A stretch of 64,000 bases of DNA from a virus: the IMG/VR virus record IMGVR_UViG_3300014720_002669; one strand, 5' to 3'. Position 1 is the stretch's first letter. Each line of letters opens with the position of its first letter. The notes under the pieces are model-generated. The model worked only from the letters and a program-made list of their open reading frames with translations. It was not told the origin of the DNA and ran no database searches. Positions 9,930 through 19,707 of this stretch are shown in pieces. The position numbers were made by a program, and so were the translations under genes.

Positions 9930-11029
9930 GCCGAGCTCAATACAACCTAGCCACCAAAACAGATTACTTACATCGCAAGATGTTTCTTGACCCAGCAGGG
10001 CCTGTGACTATCCAACGCTTTGAAGAAGTCAAGTACAACAAACTTGTTAAGTTTGAACAAGAAGCACGTGGCTTCTTTTGGATTCCTGAAGAAGTGTCCT
10101 TGACCAAAGATGCCAACGACTTCAAAGAAGCCAGTGACACTGTGAAACATATCTTTACATCAAACTTGTTGCGTCAAACAGCACTAGACAGTTTGCAAGG
10201 TCGAGGACCAGCACAGGTGTTTACTCCTGTGGTAGGCATTCCTGAACTAGAAGCTCTAATGTATAACTGGAGTTTCTTTGAAACCAACATTCACAGTCGG
10301 TCATACAGTCATATCATTCGCAATATCTACAACGTGCCCAAGGATGTGTTCAACACCATTCATGATACCAAAGAGATAGTGGACATGGCATCAAGTGTGG
10401 GCAACTATTATGACAAATTACATCAGATCAATTGCTATAAAGAGATTGATAGACAAATGGCAGGAGAAGAAGCACACATCAAAGCCATTTGGTTGGCACT
10501 GAATGCGTCATACGCATTGGAAGCATTCCGCTTCATGGTCAGCTTTGCTACTAGTCTGGCCATGGTAGAGAATCGTATCTTTATTGGCAACGGCAACATC
10601 ATCAGCCTGATCCTGCAAGACGAGATCTTGCACCGTGACTGGACTGCTTGGATGATCAATCAAGTTGTAAAAGAAGATTCACGTTTTGCCGCTGCCAAGG
10701 CCGAATGTGAAGCCGAAGTGTACCAAATGTACCTGGATGTGATCCGTGAAGAAAAAGCCTGGGCCGACTACTTGTTCAAACTAGGTCCAGTGATTGGGCT
10801 CAATGCACAGATTTTGAAAGACTTTGTGGACTACACAGCAGTGGGAGCACTCAAAGAAATTGGTATCAAGTACCTGGAACCTGCACCACGCAGCACACCA
10901 ATCCCTTGGTTCATGAAGCATGTGGACACATCAAAAAAACAATCGGCCTTACAGGAAACAGAGAGTACCAATTATGTGATTGGGGTCATGGGCGACAGCC
11001 TTGACTACGACGAATTACCAGATTTATAA
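9926..11029 (+). CDS. nrdB: class Ia ribonucleotide reductase beta subunit
   Basis: FFWIPEEV, ETNIHSRSY, LEAFRFMVSF, DEILH, QETESTNY. Confidence 0.97.
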   Translation: MSRAQYNLATKTDYLHRKMFLDPAGPVTIQRFEEVKYNKLVKFEQEARGFFWIPEEVSLTKDANDFKEASDTVKHIFTSNLLRQTALDSLQGRGPAQVFTPVVGIPELEALMYNWSFFETNIHSRSYSHIIRNIYNVPKDVFNTIHDTKEIVDMASSVGNYYDKLHQINCYKEIDRQMAGEEAHIKAIWLALNASYALEAFRFMVSFATSLAMVENRIFIGNGNIISLILQDEILHRDWTAWMINQVVKEDSRFAAAKAECEAEVYQMYLDVIREEKAWADYLFKLGPVIGLNAQILKDFVDYTAVGALKEIGIKYLEPAPRSTPIPWFMKHVDTSKKQSALQETESTNYVIGVMGDSLDYDELPDL

Positions 11030-11039
11030 AAGGAAAAAT

Positions 11040-11267
11040 ATGTATAAACCCAATCCTGCAATACGAGATTCTGAAGACTTCCAGAATATTCGCAACGTGA
11101 TGAGCAAGTTTGAAAAGATCGAAGAAAAGAATCGCTGTCTGCGAGTGCAATTTTTAGACTGGTTGACAGTGAAAATGCATGCCTGGGCTGACAGTGTCAA
11201 AGCCATGTCGGATCGCATTGATGCGCCATGTGTTATTAAAATAGAACCTAGAAAGAAAACAAAATGA
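11040..11267 (+). CDS. hypothetical protein
   Basis: AAGGA RBS before the ATG at 11040; ATGA overlap with the glutaredoxin gene. Confidence 0.65.
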   Translation: MYKPNPAIRDSEDFQNIRNVMSKFEKIEEKNRCLRVQFLDWLTVKMHAWADSVKAMSDRIDAPCVIKIEPRKKTK

Positions 11268-11485
11268 AAGCAATAGTATGGTCCCGGGACCAATGCACCT
11301 TCTGCGAACAGGCCAAAGGCCTGTTGGAAATGAAAGGCATTGAATATGAAGTACGCAATATCAGTCAAGATTGGACACGTGAACAATTATTAGAAGCAGT
11401 GCCCACTGCTAGAACAGTGCCACAGATATTCTTGGACGAAAAATACGTGGGCGGATTCAATGAACTACGCAAAAGGCTGCAGTAA
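11264..11485 (+). CDS. glutaredoxin
   Basis: CTFC, RTVPQIF, VGGF. Confidence 0.93.
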   Translation: MKAIVWSRDQCTFCEQAKGLLEMKGIEYEVRNISQDWTREQLLEAVPTARTVPQIFLDEKYVGGFNELRKRLQ

Positions 11486-12090
11486 TGCCGCAGTTTTCAT
11501 CAGACTGGTTTAGCAATGCCCTGGTCAACTTTGATTACATCACCAACTACTTACAAAAACAAAAAACAGTTGACAGCATATTAGAAATAGGCAGCCACGA
11601 AGGTCGGAGCACCTGCTGGATGTTGACGAACATGCTGGCAGATACAGGTACCATTACCTGTGTGGATCCCTTTGCAGACCGTCCGGTCACAGCATTCAGT
11701 TATGATAGCATACCCCAAGATCGCAGTATTGAACAGGTCTTTCGTGCCAACACAGCCGAAGTCAAAAAGCCTGGACAAACCGTAGAAGTGCATGCCAACA
11801 TGAGTTTTCCTGCACTGGCACAACTGATTGTGGATCAACGACAGTATGACTTCATCTACGTGGATGGCAGTCACAATGCAGACGATGCACTGGCAGATGC
11901 TGTGATGTGTTTTGGATTGTTGCGTCCAGGTGGTGTCATGCTGTTTGACGACTACCTGTGGGAAGATGACCAGCACTACCTGGGTCGTTGCAAACAAAGC
12001 ATCGACGCATTTGTAAACATGTTTTATCACAGGCTCAAACTGGGCCTGGTAAATTATCAGTTGGCAATAGTTAAAAAGGAACTAGAATGA
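11485..12090 (+). CDS. class I SAM-dependent methyltransferase (Methyltransf_24-like)
   Basis: LEIGSHEGRST, DFIYVDGSH, GGVMLFDDY. Confidence 0.88.
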   Translation: MPQFSSDWFSNALVNFDYITNYLQKQKTVDSILEIGSHEGRSTCWMLTNMLADTGTITCVDPFADRPVTAFSYDSIPQDRSIEQVFRANTAEVKKPGQTVEVHANMSFPALAQLIVDQRQYDFIYVDGSHNADDALADAVMCFGLLRPGGVMLFDDYLWEDDQHYLGRCKQSIDAFVNMFYHRLKLGLVNYQLAIVKKELE

Positions 12091-12386
12091 GTATTGAAGC
12101 AGGAAACACATACACCATGCGCATGGGCTATGGTGAAGAGATTGTGGCAAAAATCACAGCAGTTGGTAGCACTACTTACACGCTCAGCAAGCCCGTGGCA
12201 GTGGTGCCTGGACAGCAAGGTATACAATTGATGAATTCATTGTTTACTGCAGATCCTGAGGCAGAAGTCACGGTAAATATATCCAGCGTGGCCATGATTG
12301 CCCCTGTGCGTGAAGACGTTGGGGACAGTTATTTAGAAGCCACAACAGGTATCAAACCTGTGCGTAGTAAAATCTTAATGGGATAA
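12087..12386 (+). CDS. conserved phage protein, possible Sm-like fold
   Basis: GEEIVAK..LSKPVAV beta-rich pattern. Confidence 0.55.
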   Translation: MSIEAGNTYTMRMGYGEEIVAKITAVGSTTYTLSKPVAVVPGQQGIQLMNSLFTADPEAEVTVNISSVAMIAPVREDVGDSYLEATTGIKPVRSKILMG

Positions 12387-12387
12387 C

Positions 12388-12672
12388 ATGCCACCAGTAC
12401 AACGACAAGGCGATCCAAACAGCTCAGGAGGCGTAAACACTTCTGGTGTGGCTTCTGTGCGAGTAAACGGTCGTCCCATTGTTGTACCAGGCATTAGTGT
12501 GTCACCGCACCCTTGCTGTGGGCAACCTGGTTGCGGTATTCATTGTTCAGCAGTAACTTCGGGAGGGTCAGGATCAGTCCGTGCTGGCAGCAAACCAGTG
12601 ATACGCAATGGAGATGCTGACACCTGCGGACACGCTCGTGTGGCCGGCAGTGGTGACGTAAGGGCAGGATAA
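12388..12672 (+). CDS. PAAR-domain tail spike tip protein
   Basis: VQRQGD, SVRVNGRPIV, KPVIRNGDADTCGH. Confidence 0.9.
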   Translation: MPPVQRQGDPNSSGGVNTSGVASVRVNGRPIVVPGISVSPHPCCGQPGCGIHCSAVTSGGSGSVRAGSKPVIRNGDADTCGHARVAGSGDVRAG

Positions 12673-13916
12673 TGGCAGAATCAATAGTAACATCACTACA
12701 ACTCACAGCAGGCGTGGGATTTTATTCAGGCAATGCAATCACTGCCAACACTCAGCTGGCCAATACCATTGCTGCTTATTCGGCTGTGCTTACAGGTAAT
12801 TTATTAACAGTCATAGCTGCCGCAGCCGGCAACGTTAGTCTGGGCATATCAGCAGGCACACTGGCCAATCTCAAAACGCTGGGTGCAAATGTGTCAGGCA
12901 ATTATTGCCCAGCCTTGGGGGATAGTGTGCCCAGCAACGTGGCAATTACTGTGGGCAATTCAGGATACACTGGTTCTATCACCAGTTCGGCCAACACGTA
13001 TCTCGGCTCAGGCGATTTTGGTAAATTTGCACAGGCATTTGGTGCAGCTCAAGGATACATCAGCTTGACCAACCAAGTTATTTTGAGTGCTGTAAATGCC
13101 AACGGCAACAACTGGGTGGGGCAAACATTCACCAACATGAATGATCTGATCACTGCTGGACTAACTAGAGTGACCACTAATCTGGCAGCCTTTGGCGCAG
13201 ATCTAGCAGCCACTGGTGAGCTTATTGATTTTTCCGCAGTGGAAAATTTTGGCACCCCAGCTTCTGTGTTGCAACAACTGGCTCGAGCCGGCAACATGAC
13301 CAATGGAACATTGCCATGTGTGCAGACAAAACTGCGTGAAACAGGACTGTCAGATCAAAACATTGCTGACCTAGTCAACAATAACCGACCCAGTTTGTAC
13401 AATCAAGTTGCACCAAATGCTCAGCCTTTGCAGGTGATCAGTCGGTTGAGAAACGCCAACTTGCCGCGTGGCGCAGTGTCATTCACAGAAAGTAGACCGG
13501 GAGCATTGACCGAAAACGAATTTGACAGCTTGCAACGTCTGGCGTATCAAGGCATGTGCAACGTGGCTGGTGCATGTTTACAAGAAGTGTTGGATATCAT
13601 GAACATCACCACTCCCAACATAACCACCATGTGTGAGCTGTTGGATCCGGTCAAAATTTTCCCAAATAGTTTTAACACATTGACTTTGCCCACACCCAAC
13701 AGTCTAGAGCTGATATATGACAGTCAAGGCGATGTTAATTCAATCATTGAGCCCACTTTGAATTCAGGCACGGTGGTGGTTGTGGGCTGTGATCAGATGG
13801 CCAAGATCATGCCATCCGCACAGGCTGTTGCCAATCGTGCTTTGCAAATTGCACTGCAACAGATAAATGGGCTTCGTAACACCACACCGGCTGCGCTGGC
13901 AGTAATATTACAATGA
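12672..13916 (+). CDS. putative virion structural protein
   Basis: Ala/Gly/Asn/Thr-rich; coupled to the PAAR gene. Confidence 0.6.
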   Translation: MAESIVTSLQLTAGVGFYSGNAITANTQLANTIAAYSAVLTGNLLTVIAAAAGNVSLGISAGTLANLKTLGANVSGNYCPALGDSVPSNVAITVGNSGYTGSITSSANTYLGSGDFGKFAQAFGAAQGYISLTNQVILSAVNANGNNWVGQTFTNMNDLITAGLTRVTTNLAAFGADLAATGELIDFSAVENFGTPASVLQQLARAGNMTNGTLPCVQTKLRETGLSDQNIADLVNNNRPSLYNQVAPNAQPLQVISRLRNANLPRGAVSFTESRPGALTENEFDSLQRLAYQGMCNVAGACLQEVLDIMNITTPNITTMCELLDPVKIFPNSFNTLTLPTPNSLELIYDSQGDVNSIIEPTLNSGTVVVVGCDQMAKIMPSAQAVANRALQIALQQINGLRNTTPAALAVILQ

Positions 13917-14728
13917 CCATATCACAAACAGCAGCCGCCAATGCGGCATATGGAAACAAACTTACTACATTGGGCAATTTGCCGTTGGCAGCAAATACCC
14001 CCACGCCAGTGCCAGCTGATGTGGCCACTTACTATGCCACAAACATTGCATTGGGTTCTGGGCCCAGTGGTACATTTTTGCTCACAGACTTTTTTGGATC
14101 AGCAGCTGGCGTTCCTTACAACGCTGATCTTGCCACAGTGACTTCAACTATGTCGGCACAACTTGCTGCCGGCACACTGACTGCACTCAGCACCATATAC
14201 TCACAAATGATCACATTGATCTCTGATGGTTATGGGTTGCCAGGTGCAATAAATCTTCCAGCACCTTACACCGCAGGGAATCCCTATGCCAGTTATAATT
14301 CAGCATTGGCAGTGTTGGTCACAGCCGCAGATGCTGCCATTGGCACAGCCATCACTGCCATGGGCACTGCTACCACAACACTGAACAACACTTGGTATGA
14401 TATGATATCAAATTCGGCAAATGAGTCTGTCAATCAAGCCAGGGCCAGTATTGACTACAGCACACTCACCGCTGGAGCACAGTTGCCCATCACGGCGTTT
14501 ATTCCCAGTCTGGGCGACCTTGGCAAACAAACACAGGAAGGCATGGCTGCACAGTTTTTGGAAAGCATTGCCAACACTGCCAACCAGTATGGGCAGGCCA
14601 TGGTAGGTGCGTTGAGAGAAGGCCGCAACACCTCAGGACTAAATTCCATAGGGCTCACTCCCACCAATGGTGTGCCCAGTCAAAGTGCCAATGCATTGCC
14701 GCAGGCCACCCTAATTTCCAGCACGTAA
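13913..14728 (+). CDS. putative virion structural protein
   Basis: Ala/Thr-rich; ATGA overlap; GALREGRN motif. Confidence 0.6.
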   Translation: MTISQTAAANAAYGNKLTTLGNLPLAANTPTPVPADVATYYATNIALGSGPSGTFLLTDFFGSAAGVPYNADLATVTSTMSAQLAAGTLTALSTIYSQMITLISDGYGLPGAINLPAPYTAGNPYASYNSALAVLVTAADAAIGTAITAMGTATTTLNNTWYDMISNSANESVNQARASIDYSTLTAGAQLPITAFIPSLGDLGKQTQEGMAAQFLESIANTANQYGQAMVGALREGRNTSGLNSIGLTPTNGVPSQSANALPQATLISST

Positions 14729-14731
14729 AAA

Positions 14732-14778
14732 GTAATACTTAGGTAGTACTTGACCGGAAATTTCTTTTTTGCTATAAT
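14732..14778 (+). promoter_or_regulatory. operator-like palindrome plus sigma70-type early promoter
   Basis: GTAATAC-N4-GTAGTAC, then TTGACC-N17-TATAAT. Confidence 0.85.
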
Positions 14779-14807
14779 AATGGCATACAAAGCAAAAAGG
14801 AGCCAAC

Positions 14808-15083
14808 ATGTATTACATTGTTTCTAGAGGTACCGGACTTATTGTAACAGATGGTCCCAACAGAACCCGTGCTTACAAAACTTTCGGTGCCGCACGTGCC
14901 ACTCGTACCAGACTGTGCCGCAAAGCCGGTTGGTCGGTAAGCGAACTCAATATCATTGACACCCGGTTCTACCAATCACACATGGTAACTCGTACCAATC
15001 TCATGACTGGGCAAGAGTACCAAGAGGATGTCAACACCCCCCGCTTCTGCTCACCCAGCTCAGAATCATTCTGGAGCATGTAA
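14808..15083 (+). CDS. hypothetical early protein
   Basis: AAGGAG RBS; C-terminal TPRFCSPSSESFWSM. Confidence 0.8.
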   Translation: MYYIVSRGTGLIVTDGPNRTRAYKTFGAARATRTRLCRKAGWSVSELNIIDTRFYQSHMVTRTNLMTGQEYQEDVNTPRFCSPSSESFWSM

Positions 15084-15137
15084 TACTCAAATATTACCTT
15101 TTTGGTGGTTGACCAATAATTGCCAAAACGCTATAAT
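15080..15137 (+). promoter_or_regulatory. operator-like palindrome plus sigma70-type early promoter
   Basis: GTAATAC-N4-ATATTAC; TTGACC (15109)-N17-TATAAT. Confidence 0.85.
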
Positions 15138-15167
15138 ATGAACATATTGTAACAAAAGGAGCCCGAG

Positions 15168-15449
15168 ATGACCTACGCAACAATCCAAGAAGTCAACACT
15201 TCTATCATGTTCAGCAATTTTACAAACGAACAGCTCAACAGCATCAATGATGCGGTGAACTTTGCTCGTGCCCAGCTTCGTGCAGTAAAGATCCGCACAT
15301 TCACCAAAGGTGACACAGTGAAGTTTCACAGCACCAAACGTGGTGTCACTGTGACAGGTACTGTGACCAAGGTTGCCATCAAGTATGTCACAGTCAAAGA
15401 CGGTGCTATGCTGTGGCGGGTGCCAGCCAACATGCTGGAGGCCGCATGA
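15168..15449 (+). CDS. hypothetical protein (SH3-like C-terminus)
   Basis: AAGGAG RBS; GDTVKF..GTVTKV..WRVPANML. Confidence 0.75.
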   Translation: MTYATIQEVNTSIMFSNFTNEQLNSINDAVNFARAQLRAVKIRTFTKGDTVKFHSTKRGVTVTGTVTKVAIKYVTVKDGAMLWRVPANMLEAA

Positions 15450-15610
15450 CATTTCGACGCTGGTGCCAACTAATGTGGCAAGAGCATTGTGATGAAGTGT
15501 CGGCCTGGACAGGCAACAACCCCCGGTACCTGTCAGCAGAATATTTTGAAAAGTACAAATGGTGGCTCCGCAGAGAGTACCGAGCAAGAGGAGTAACAAA
15601 TGGGTCTTGA
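15446..15610 (+). CDS. hypothetical protein
   Basis: ATGA-coupled; YKWWLRREY. Confidence 0.6.
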   Translation: MTFRRWCQLMWQEHCDEVSAWTGNNPRYLSAEYFEKYKWWLRREYRARGVTNGS

Positions 15611-16025
15611 TATGTATGCATACTGTGCCGCCCAAGCAGGCCAGCAAGCAGAATTTTACGAAGACGCTGAATACGACGAGGACACTGGTCAAATGGTCAA
15701 TCCCAACGTCAACAAGCCACGGCAAATTGCTTACTGGCGCAAACATCCCAACTTGCATGGCTGGATGGCGCATCGCTGGCTGGCACGTGAAGGCAATGCA
15801 CTACGTGAAACAGACAACTTCAATGGCATTGAACTTGAACTCACGTATGATGACTTGGACGAATTAGAGTATGCAGTACAAAACAATCGACTGCCCGCAA
15901 CCACAGGATTCTTCTTTGGCGAAGGTGCTGACGATGTCTACAAAGAGAGTGATTTGAAATTCATCCAAGAAGCCCGAGCAGAAATGTTCTTGGGTTTGAA
16001 AGTATTCTATAATTCTTCATGGTAA
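15600..16025 (+). CDS. conserved hypothetical phage protein
   Basis: MGLDMY..YWRKHPNLHGW..GFFFG..YNSSW. Confidence 0.8.
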   Translation: MGLDMYAYCAAQAGQQAEFYEDAEYDEDTGQMVNPNVNKPRQIAYWRKHPNLHGWMAHRWLAREGNALRETDNFNGIELELTYDDLDELEYAVQNNRLPATTGFFFGEGADDVYKESDLKFIQEARAEMFLGLKVFYNSSW

Positions 16026-16037
16026 TCACGTAAATAT

Positions 16038-17411
16038 ATGAATGGCATTGATTTCTCACACAAACAATTCAACGGTATCACTGTGGCGGCTGATTGGATA
16101 AGGGACTTAGAAGCATCAGATAGTCGCTTGCACAAAGAACGTGTGATTGAAAAAGCACTAATGGCTGCAAAGTTGGGCAGTGCCAATGCGCAGTGTTTCT
16201 TGTTCAACTGCTATCAAGCCTACAATCCCTACTACACATTTCATGTTCGACAAGTGCCCGAAAGCGAAGGCATTGAACATGCGGAAAATCCTTGGCCTGT
16301 GTTTTGGGGACTGTTGGAAGGTCTGCGCACACGGTCATTCTCAGGACATCGTGCCCGAGATGCCATCTTGGAAACAATGAAACGCTTTGACAGTCTAGAG
16401 TGGAACAATCTCTGCAGACGTGTGTTGATCAAAGACTTGCGATGCGGCATCAGTGAGAAAACCTTGAACAAAGTGCTAGGCCGAACAGAATGGAAAATTC
16501 CTGTGTTTACCTGTCAGTTGGCACAAGACTCAACTGACCAGCCCAAAAAGCTCCGAGGTATCAAGCGCCTGGAATGCAAACTGGATGGTGTACGTGTGTT
16601 GGCGGTGGTACAAGGCTCAGATGTCACATTGTACAGCCGCAATGGCAAACAGTTTGAAAACTTTCCGCAGATTGTGCAAGCCATAGAAGACAATCGCAAA
16701 ACATTTTTAAATATTCCCCATGGTGGTCGTTTTGTACTCGACGGCGAGATTGTGGGCGAGAGTTTTCAGAAGTTAATGAAACAAGCACATCGCAAATCAG
16801 ATGCTGTTACTGATGGCATGGTGTATCATGTGTTTGACATCATACCGCTGGACAGTTTTGTTGAAGGTCACTACAACGCACAACAACACAAACGCATTGA
16901 GATGTTGGAACGTGTACGTGCGTTATTGCCTGAAGATGGACCTATCCAAATTATGAACGGCCTGGACGTGAACTTGGACACCGCCGAAGGACATGACATC
17001 ATGCAACGCTATGCCGAAGCCGCTGTGGAAGGTGGATTCGAAGGCATCATGATCAAGAGCATGGACGCACCGTACCTGTGCAAACGCACTGACTCGTGGA
17101 TGAAATGGAAACCCACCATCACAGTTGATTTGAGAATTGTGGGTTTCGAACAAGGTACTGGTCGCAATGCTGACCGGTTGGGTGCTATAATCTGTGAAGG
17201 AGATGACAATGGAAGACATATCTGTGTTAATGTTGGCAGTGGCCTGTCTGATGGCGATAGGGATGAGTATTGGCGTAGCCGGGATCTTCTTCTTGGCCAC
17301 TTGGTTGAAATTCAAGCTGATGCAGTCACACAAAACCAAGACGGATCATACAGCCTGAGATTCCCAAGATTTTTACGCTTTAGGGACTTTGAAGCTGGAG
17401 AAAAAATTTGA
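16038..17411 (+). CDS. ATP-dependent DNA ligase
   Basis: KLDGVR, LDGEI, EGIMIK, WMKWK, SLRFPRF. Confidence 0.95.
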   Translation: MNGIDFSHKQFNGITVAADWIRDLEASDSRLHKERVIEKALMAAKLGSANAQCFLFNCYQAYNPYYTFHVRQVPESEGIEHAENPWPVFWGLLEGLRTRSFSGHRARDAILETMKRFDSLEWNNLCRRVLIKDLRCGISEKTLNKVLGRTEWKIPVFTCQLAQDSTDQPKKLRGIKRLECKLDGVRVLAVVQGSDVTLYSRNGKQFENFPQIVQAIEDNRKTFLNIPHGGRFVLDGEIVGESFQKLMKQAHRKSDAVTDGMVYHVFDIIPLDSFVEGHYNAQQHKRIEMLERVRALLPEDGPIQIMNGLDVNLDTAEGHDIMQRYAEAAVEGGFEGIMIKSMDAPYLCKRTDSWMKWKPTITVDLRIVGFEQGTGRNADRLGAIICEGDDNGRHICVNVGSGLSDGDRDEYWRSRDLLLGHLVEIQADAVTQNQDGSYSLRFPRFLRFRDFEAGEKI

Positions 17412-18301
17412 AGGCATGGGCGAGATTTTATGAAAATATTCGGAACATGAACTTGCCCGAGGCCCATGACTGGCCTCATTGTTTAAATTCTGAAGATGTA
17501 AAACATTTACCAGTTGCAATTCAATTAAAAATTTTACATACTCATTTGTATCTTTCGTTTCCTACAGAAGAAACATCGTCGTTGATAATACAATTAGCAC
17601 AATCTCCACAAGAAATCGCTCAATTGTGTCAATCCACAGGTGTTGATTATTTTTTTGATAACCCAATGTTATCTTTGTCTCACGAAACTGAATGTCAAGG
17701 TATAAAAATAAAGTATCATCCCAGCATGGAGGGTGGGGGAATATATAGATCGCCAATGTTTATAGAAGTATTGTCTTTGATTGCACCCAATAGGATTTTT
17801 AATCACTGTTTAGAATGGTGTTCTGGTCCTGGATTTATTGGATTTAGTTTGGCAGGTAAGGGATTATGTAAGCAACTAGATTTGGCTGATATTTGGCAAC
17901 CTTCTCTAACTGCTGCCAAAGCTGTAAAGGCTCCTTGCAATGTTGATACCTGGCACATTAGAAATCTGTGCGATATACAACCACCTAGAATGTATGATTT
18001 GATAGTGGCAAATCCTCCTTGGTGGCCGGGCAATCTACTACAAAACCAGCACAATCGATTGGGCTCTGATCCTGAGCTGACAATTTTAAAAAAGTTCTTG
18101 AAAGATGCCAAAAACTATTTGACTCCTGATGGAATAATTGTTTTGATCGAAGGACAAACTTACACTGGACCTAAAGACATTTTAAATGCATTGGTTGATA
18201 CTGGACTTGAACTGACACAGGTTTTAGAACGTTTTGACCAATGGCATTGGTTTGTGGTGATTGAACACAAAAGTAATTTTGAAACTGGAGACAAAGTTTG
18301 A
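17408..18301 (+). CDS. class I methyltransferase with NPPW amino-methylation motif
   Basis: LEWCSGPGFIG; YDLIVANPPW. Confidence 0.8.
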   Translation: MKAWARFYENIRNMNLPEAHDWPHCLNSEDVKHLPVAIQLKILHTHLYLSFPTEETSSLIIQLAQSPQEIAQLCQSTGVDYFFDNPMLSLSHETECQGIKIKYHPSMEGGGIYRSPMFIEVLSLIAPNRIFNHCLEWCSGPGFIGFSLAGKGLCKQLDLADIWQPSLTAAKAVKAPCNVDTWHIRNLCDIQPPRMYDLIVANPPWWPGNLLQNQHNRLGSDPELTILKKFLKDAKNYLTPDGIIVLIEGQTYTGPKDILNALVDTGLELTQVLERFDQWHWFVVIEHKSNFETGDKV

Positions 18302-18705
18302 AATATTTTGCATATGGTATGAACACTAACTTGGGCCAAATGGCTCGACGCTGTCCATCGGCTCGGAGCCTGGGACCAGCACGGCTGATCAACTATAGAT
18401 TGGTGTTTCGTGGCGTGGCCGATGTTGAACCCTCACCGGACACTTGGTGTGATGGTGTGCTGTGGGAGATAACTGAATCAGATCTAGACGCACTGGACCT
18501 ATTGGAAGGCTATCCCTATCACTACATTCGTTTCACGGCCTTGGTAGAAACTGACACAGATGTGTGCACAGCCTTGGTGTATCAAATGGTGGAGCAGGAT
18601 ACAGAATCACCACCCAGCGACTTTTATTTTCAAATGATCTTTGATGGCTATGAATCCAATTCAGTGCCCTTGGATCAGTTGATGGAATACCGGGTGTTGT
18701 CATGA
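18298..18705 (+). CDS. gamma-glutamylcyclotransferase (AIG2-like) family protein
   Basis: YFAYGMN, GVLWEI, LDLLEGYP. Confidence 0.85.
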   Translation: MKYFAYGMNTNLGQMARRCPSARSLGPARLINYRLVFRGVADVEPSPDTWCDGVLWEITESDLDALDLLEGYPYHYIRFTALVETDTDVCTALVYQMVEQDTESPPSDFYFQMIFDGYESNSVPLDQLMEYRVLS

Positions 18706-19166
18706 AGAAACTATTTTATGAAAAAGTTGGCCGCAGGTACAGGCCAGTGTCAGAATACGACAGTGAATTAATGGATGGCTTGCCCTATGGCGATCACATG
18801 ATCATGGTCTATCCCGGAGGACAGAGCACCCGCTACCGAATCACACCGGCCCTGGCACCTATGATTGCCGCAGGACGTGTGGCCCAAGATCGGATGACGG
18901 AGGCGGTCCGCCGGGCCAGCGAGATGCGTCCACGCCGTAACCCACTGACTGACAAGCAACAACGAGCCTGGAAGAGTTTGAACCGTGCCTTGGGCGATGA
19001 CGTCTATACCTTGGAAATAGCCAGTGCCAGAGAAATAGCCGATGCCGGACTTGAAGCCATGCAAGCGGAAGCAGAAAAGTTAATGTCCAATCCCGCAGTA
19101 CGATTGGCCTATGAGCAGTTTCTCCTAGTGTGTGAATTGACCAAACAAAACGTTGACAACGCTTGA
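18702..19166 (+). CDS. hypothetical phage protein
   Basis: ATGA-coupled ORF. Confidence 0.75.
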   Translation: MKKLFYEKVGRRYRPVSEYDSELMDGLPYGDHMIMVYPGGQSTRYRITPALAPMIAAGRVAQDRMTEAVRRASEMRPRRNPLTDKQQRAWKSLNRALGDDVYTLEIASAREIADAGLEAMQAEAEKLMSNPAVRLAYEQFLLVCELTKQNVDNA

Positions 19167-19181
19167 ACATCGCAGTATAAT
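19153..19181 (+). promoter_or_regulatory. consensus sigma70 promoter
   Basis: TTGACA-N17-TATAAT. Confidence 0.85.
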
Positions 19182-19189
19182 CGCTGTGC

Positions 19190-19355
19190 ATGATCAAGGA
19201 GATTGGGTTGTCTTCTGGGCATAACAGGAGAGATCTGTAAACCGGCCCTGTTGTGTGCCGTGGCATCGAAGACGGAAATCCCGTAGGATGAGACACTGCC
19301 TAGACCTGGCAACAGGTCAAAACCCAGGCTGGTACCCTGGGGAGTATGCCCATTT
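19190..19355 (+). ncRNA. candidate structured RNA 1
   Basis: Closing stem TGGGCATA/TATGCCCA; GACCTG-GCAA-CAGGTC; CCCAGG/CCTGGG; AACAGG/CCTGTT; directly downstream of a consensus promoter. Confidence 0.55.
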
Positions 19356-19382
19356 AGTACAAAAACAGTGTAAAGGATAGCA

Positions 19383-19703
19383 ATGTCTGTTGAAATTGAA
19401 ACCTCTGCGCGGAGTATGTTTGAATCCCTCGACTCTCTTAGAGCAACGCCCTTGGTCATGCACCGTATTCAAGTGGAACTGCGTGATGTCCGAACCTGGT
19501 ATGCGGTGATCCGCGAACTGAACCAGACCTTTGGTACGGGCAAATGGCGAGGCCAAAGCCATGTCAAACGCCGATTAGAAAACATAATATGGACTGGACC
19601 TGATCAGACTATTCAAGTTTGGTTTGATGTACCTGATCCTGCCATGGCCACTTGGTTGGCCGTTAAACTAGCAGTCCAAGTCAAACTGGTACCCAATAAA
19701 TAA
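19383..19703 (+). CDS. hypothetical protein
   Basis: AAGGA RBS. Confidence 0.7.
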   Translation: MSVEIETSARSMFESLDSLRATPLVMHRIQVELRDVRTWYAVIRELNQTFGTGKWRGQSHVKRRLENIIWTGPDQTIQVWFDVPDPAMATWLAVKLAVQVKLVPNK

Positions 19704-19707
19704 ATCT

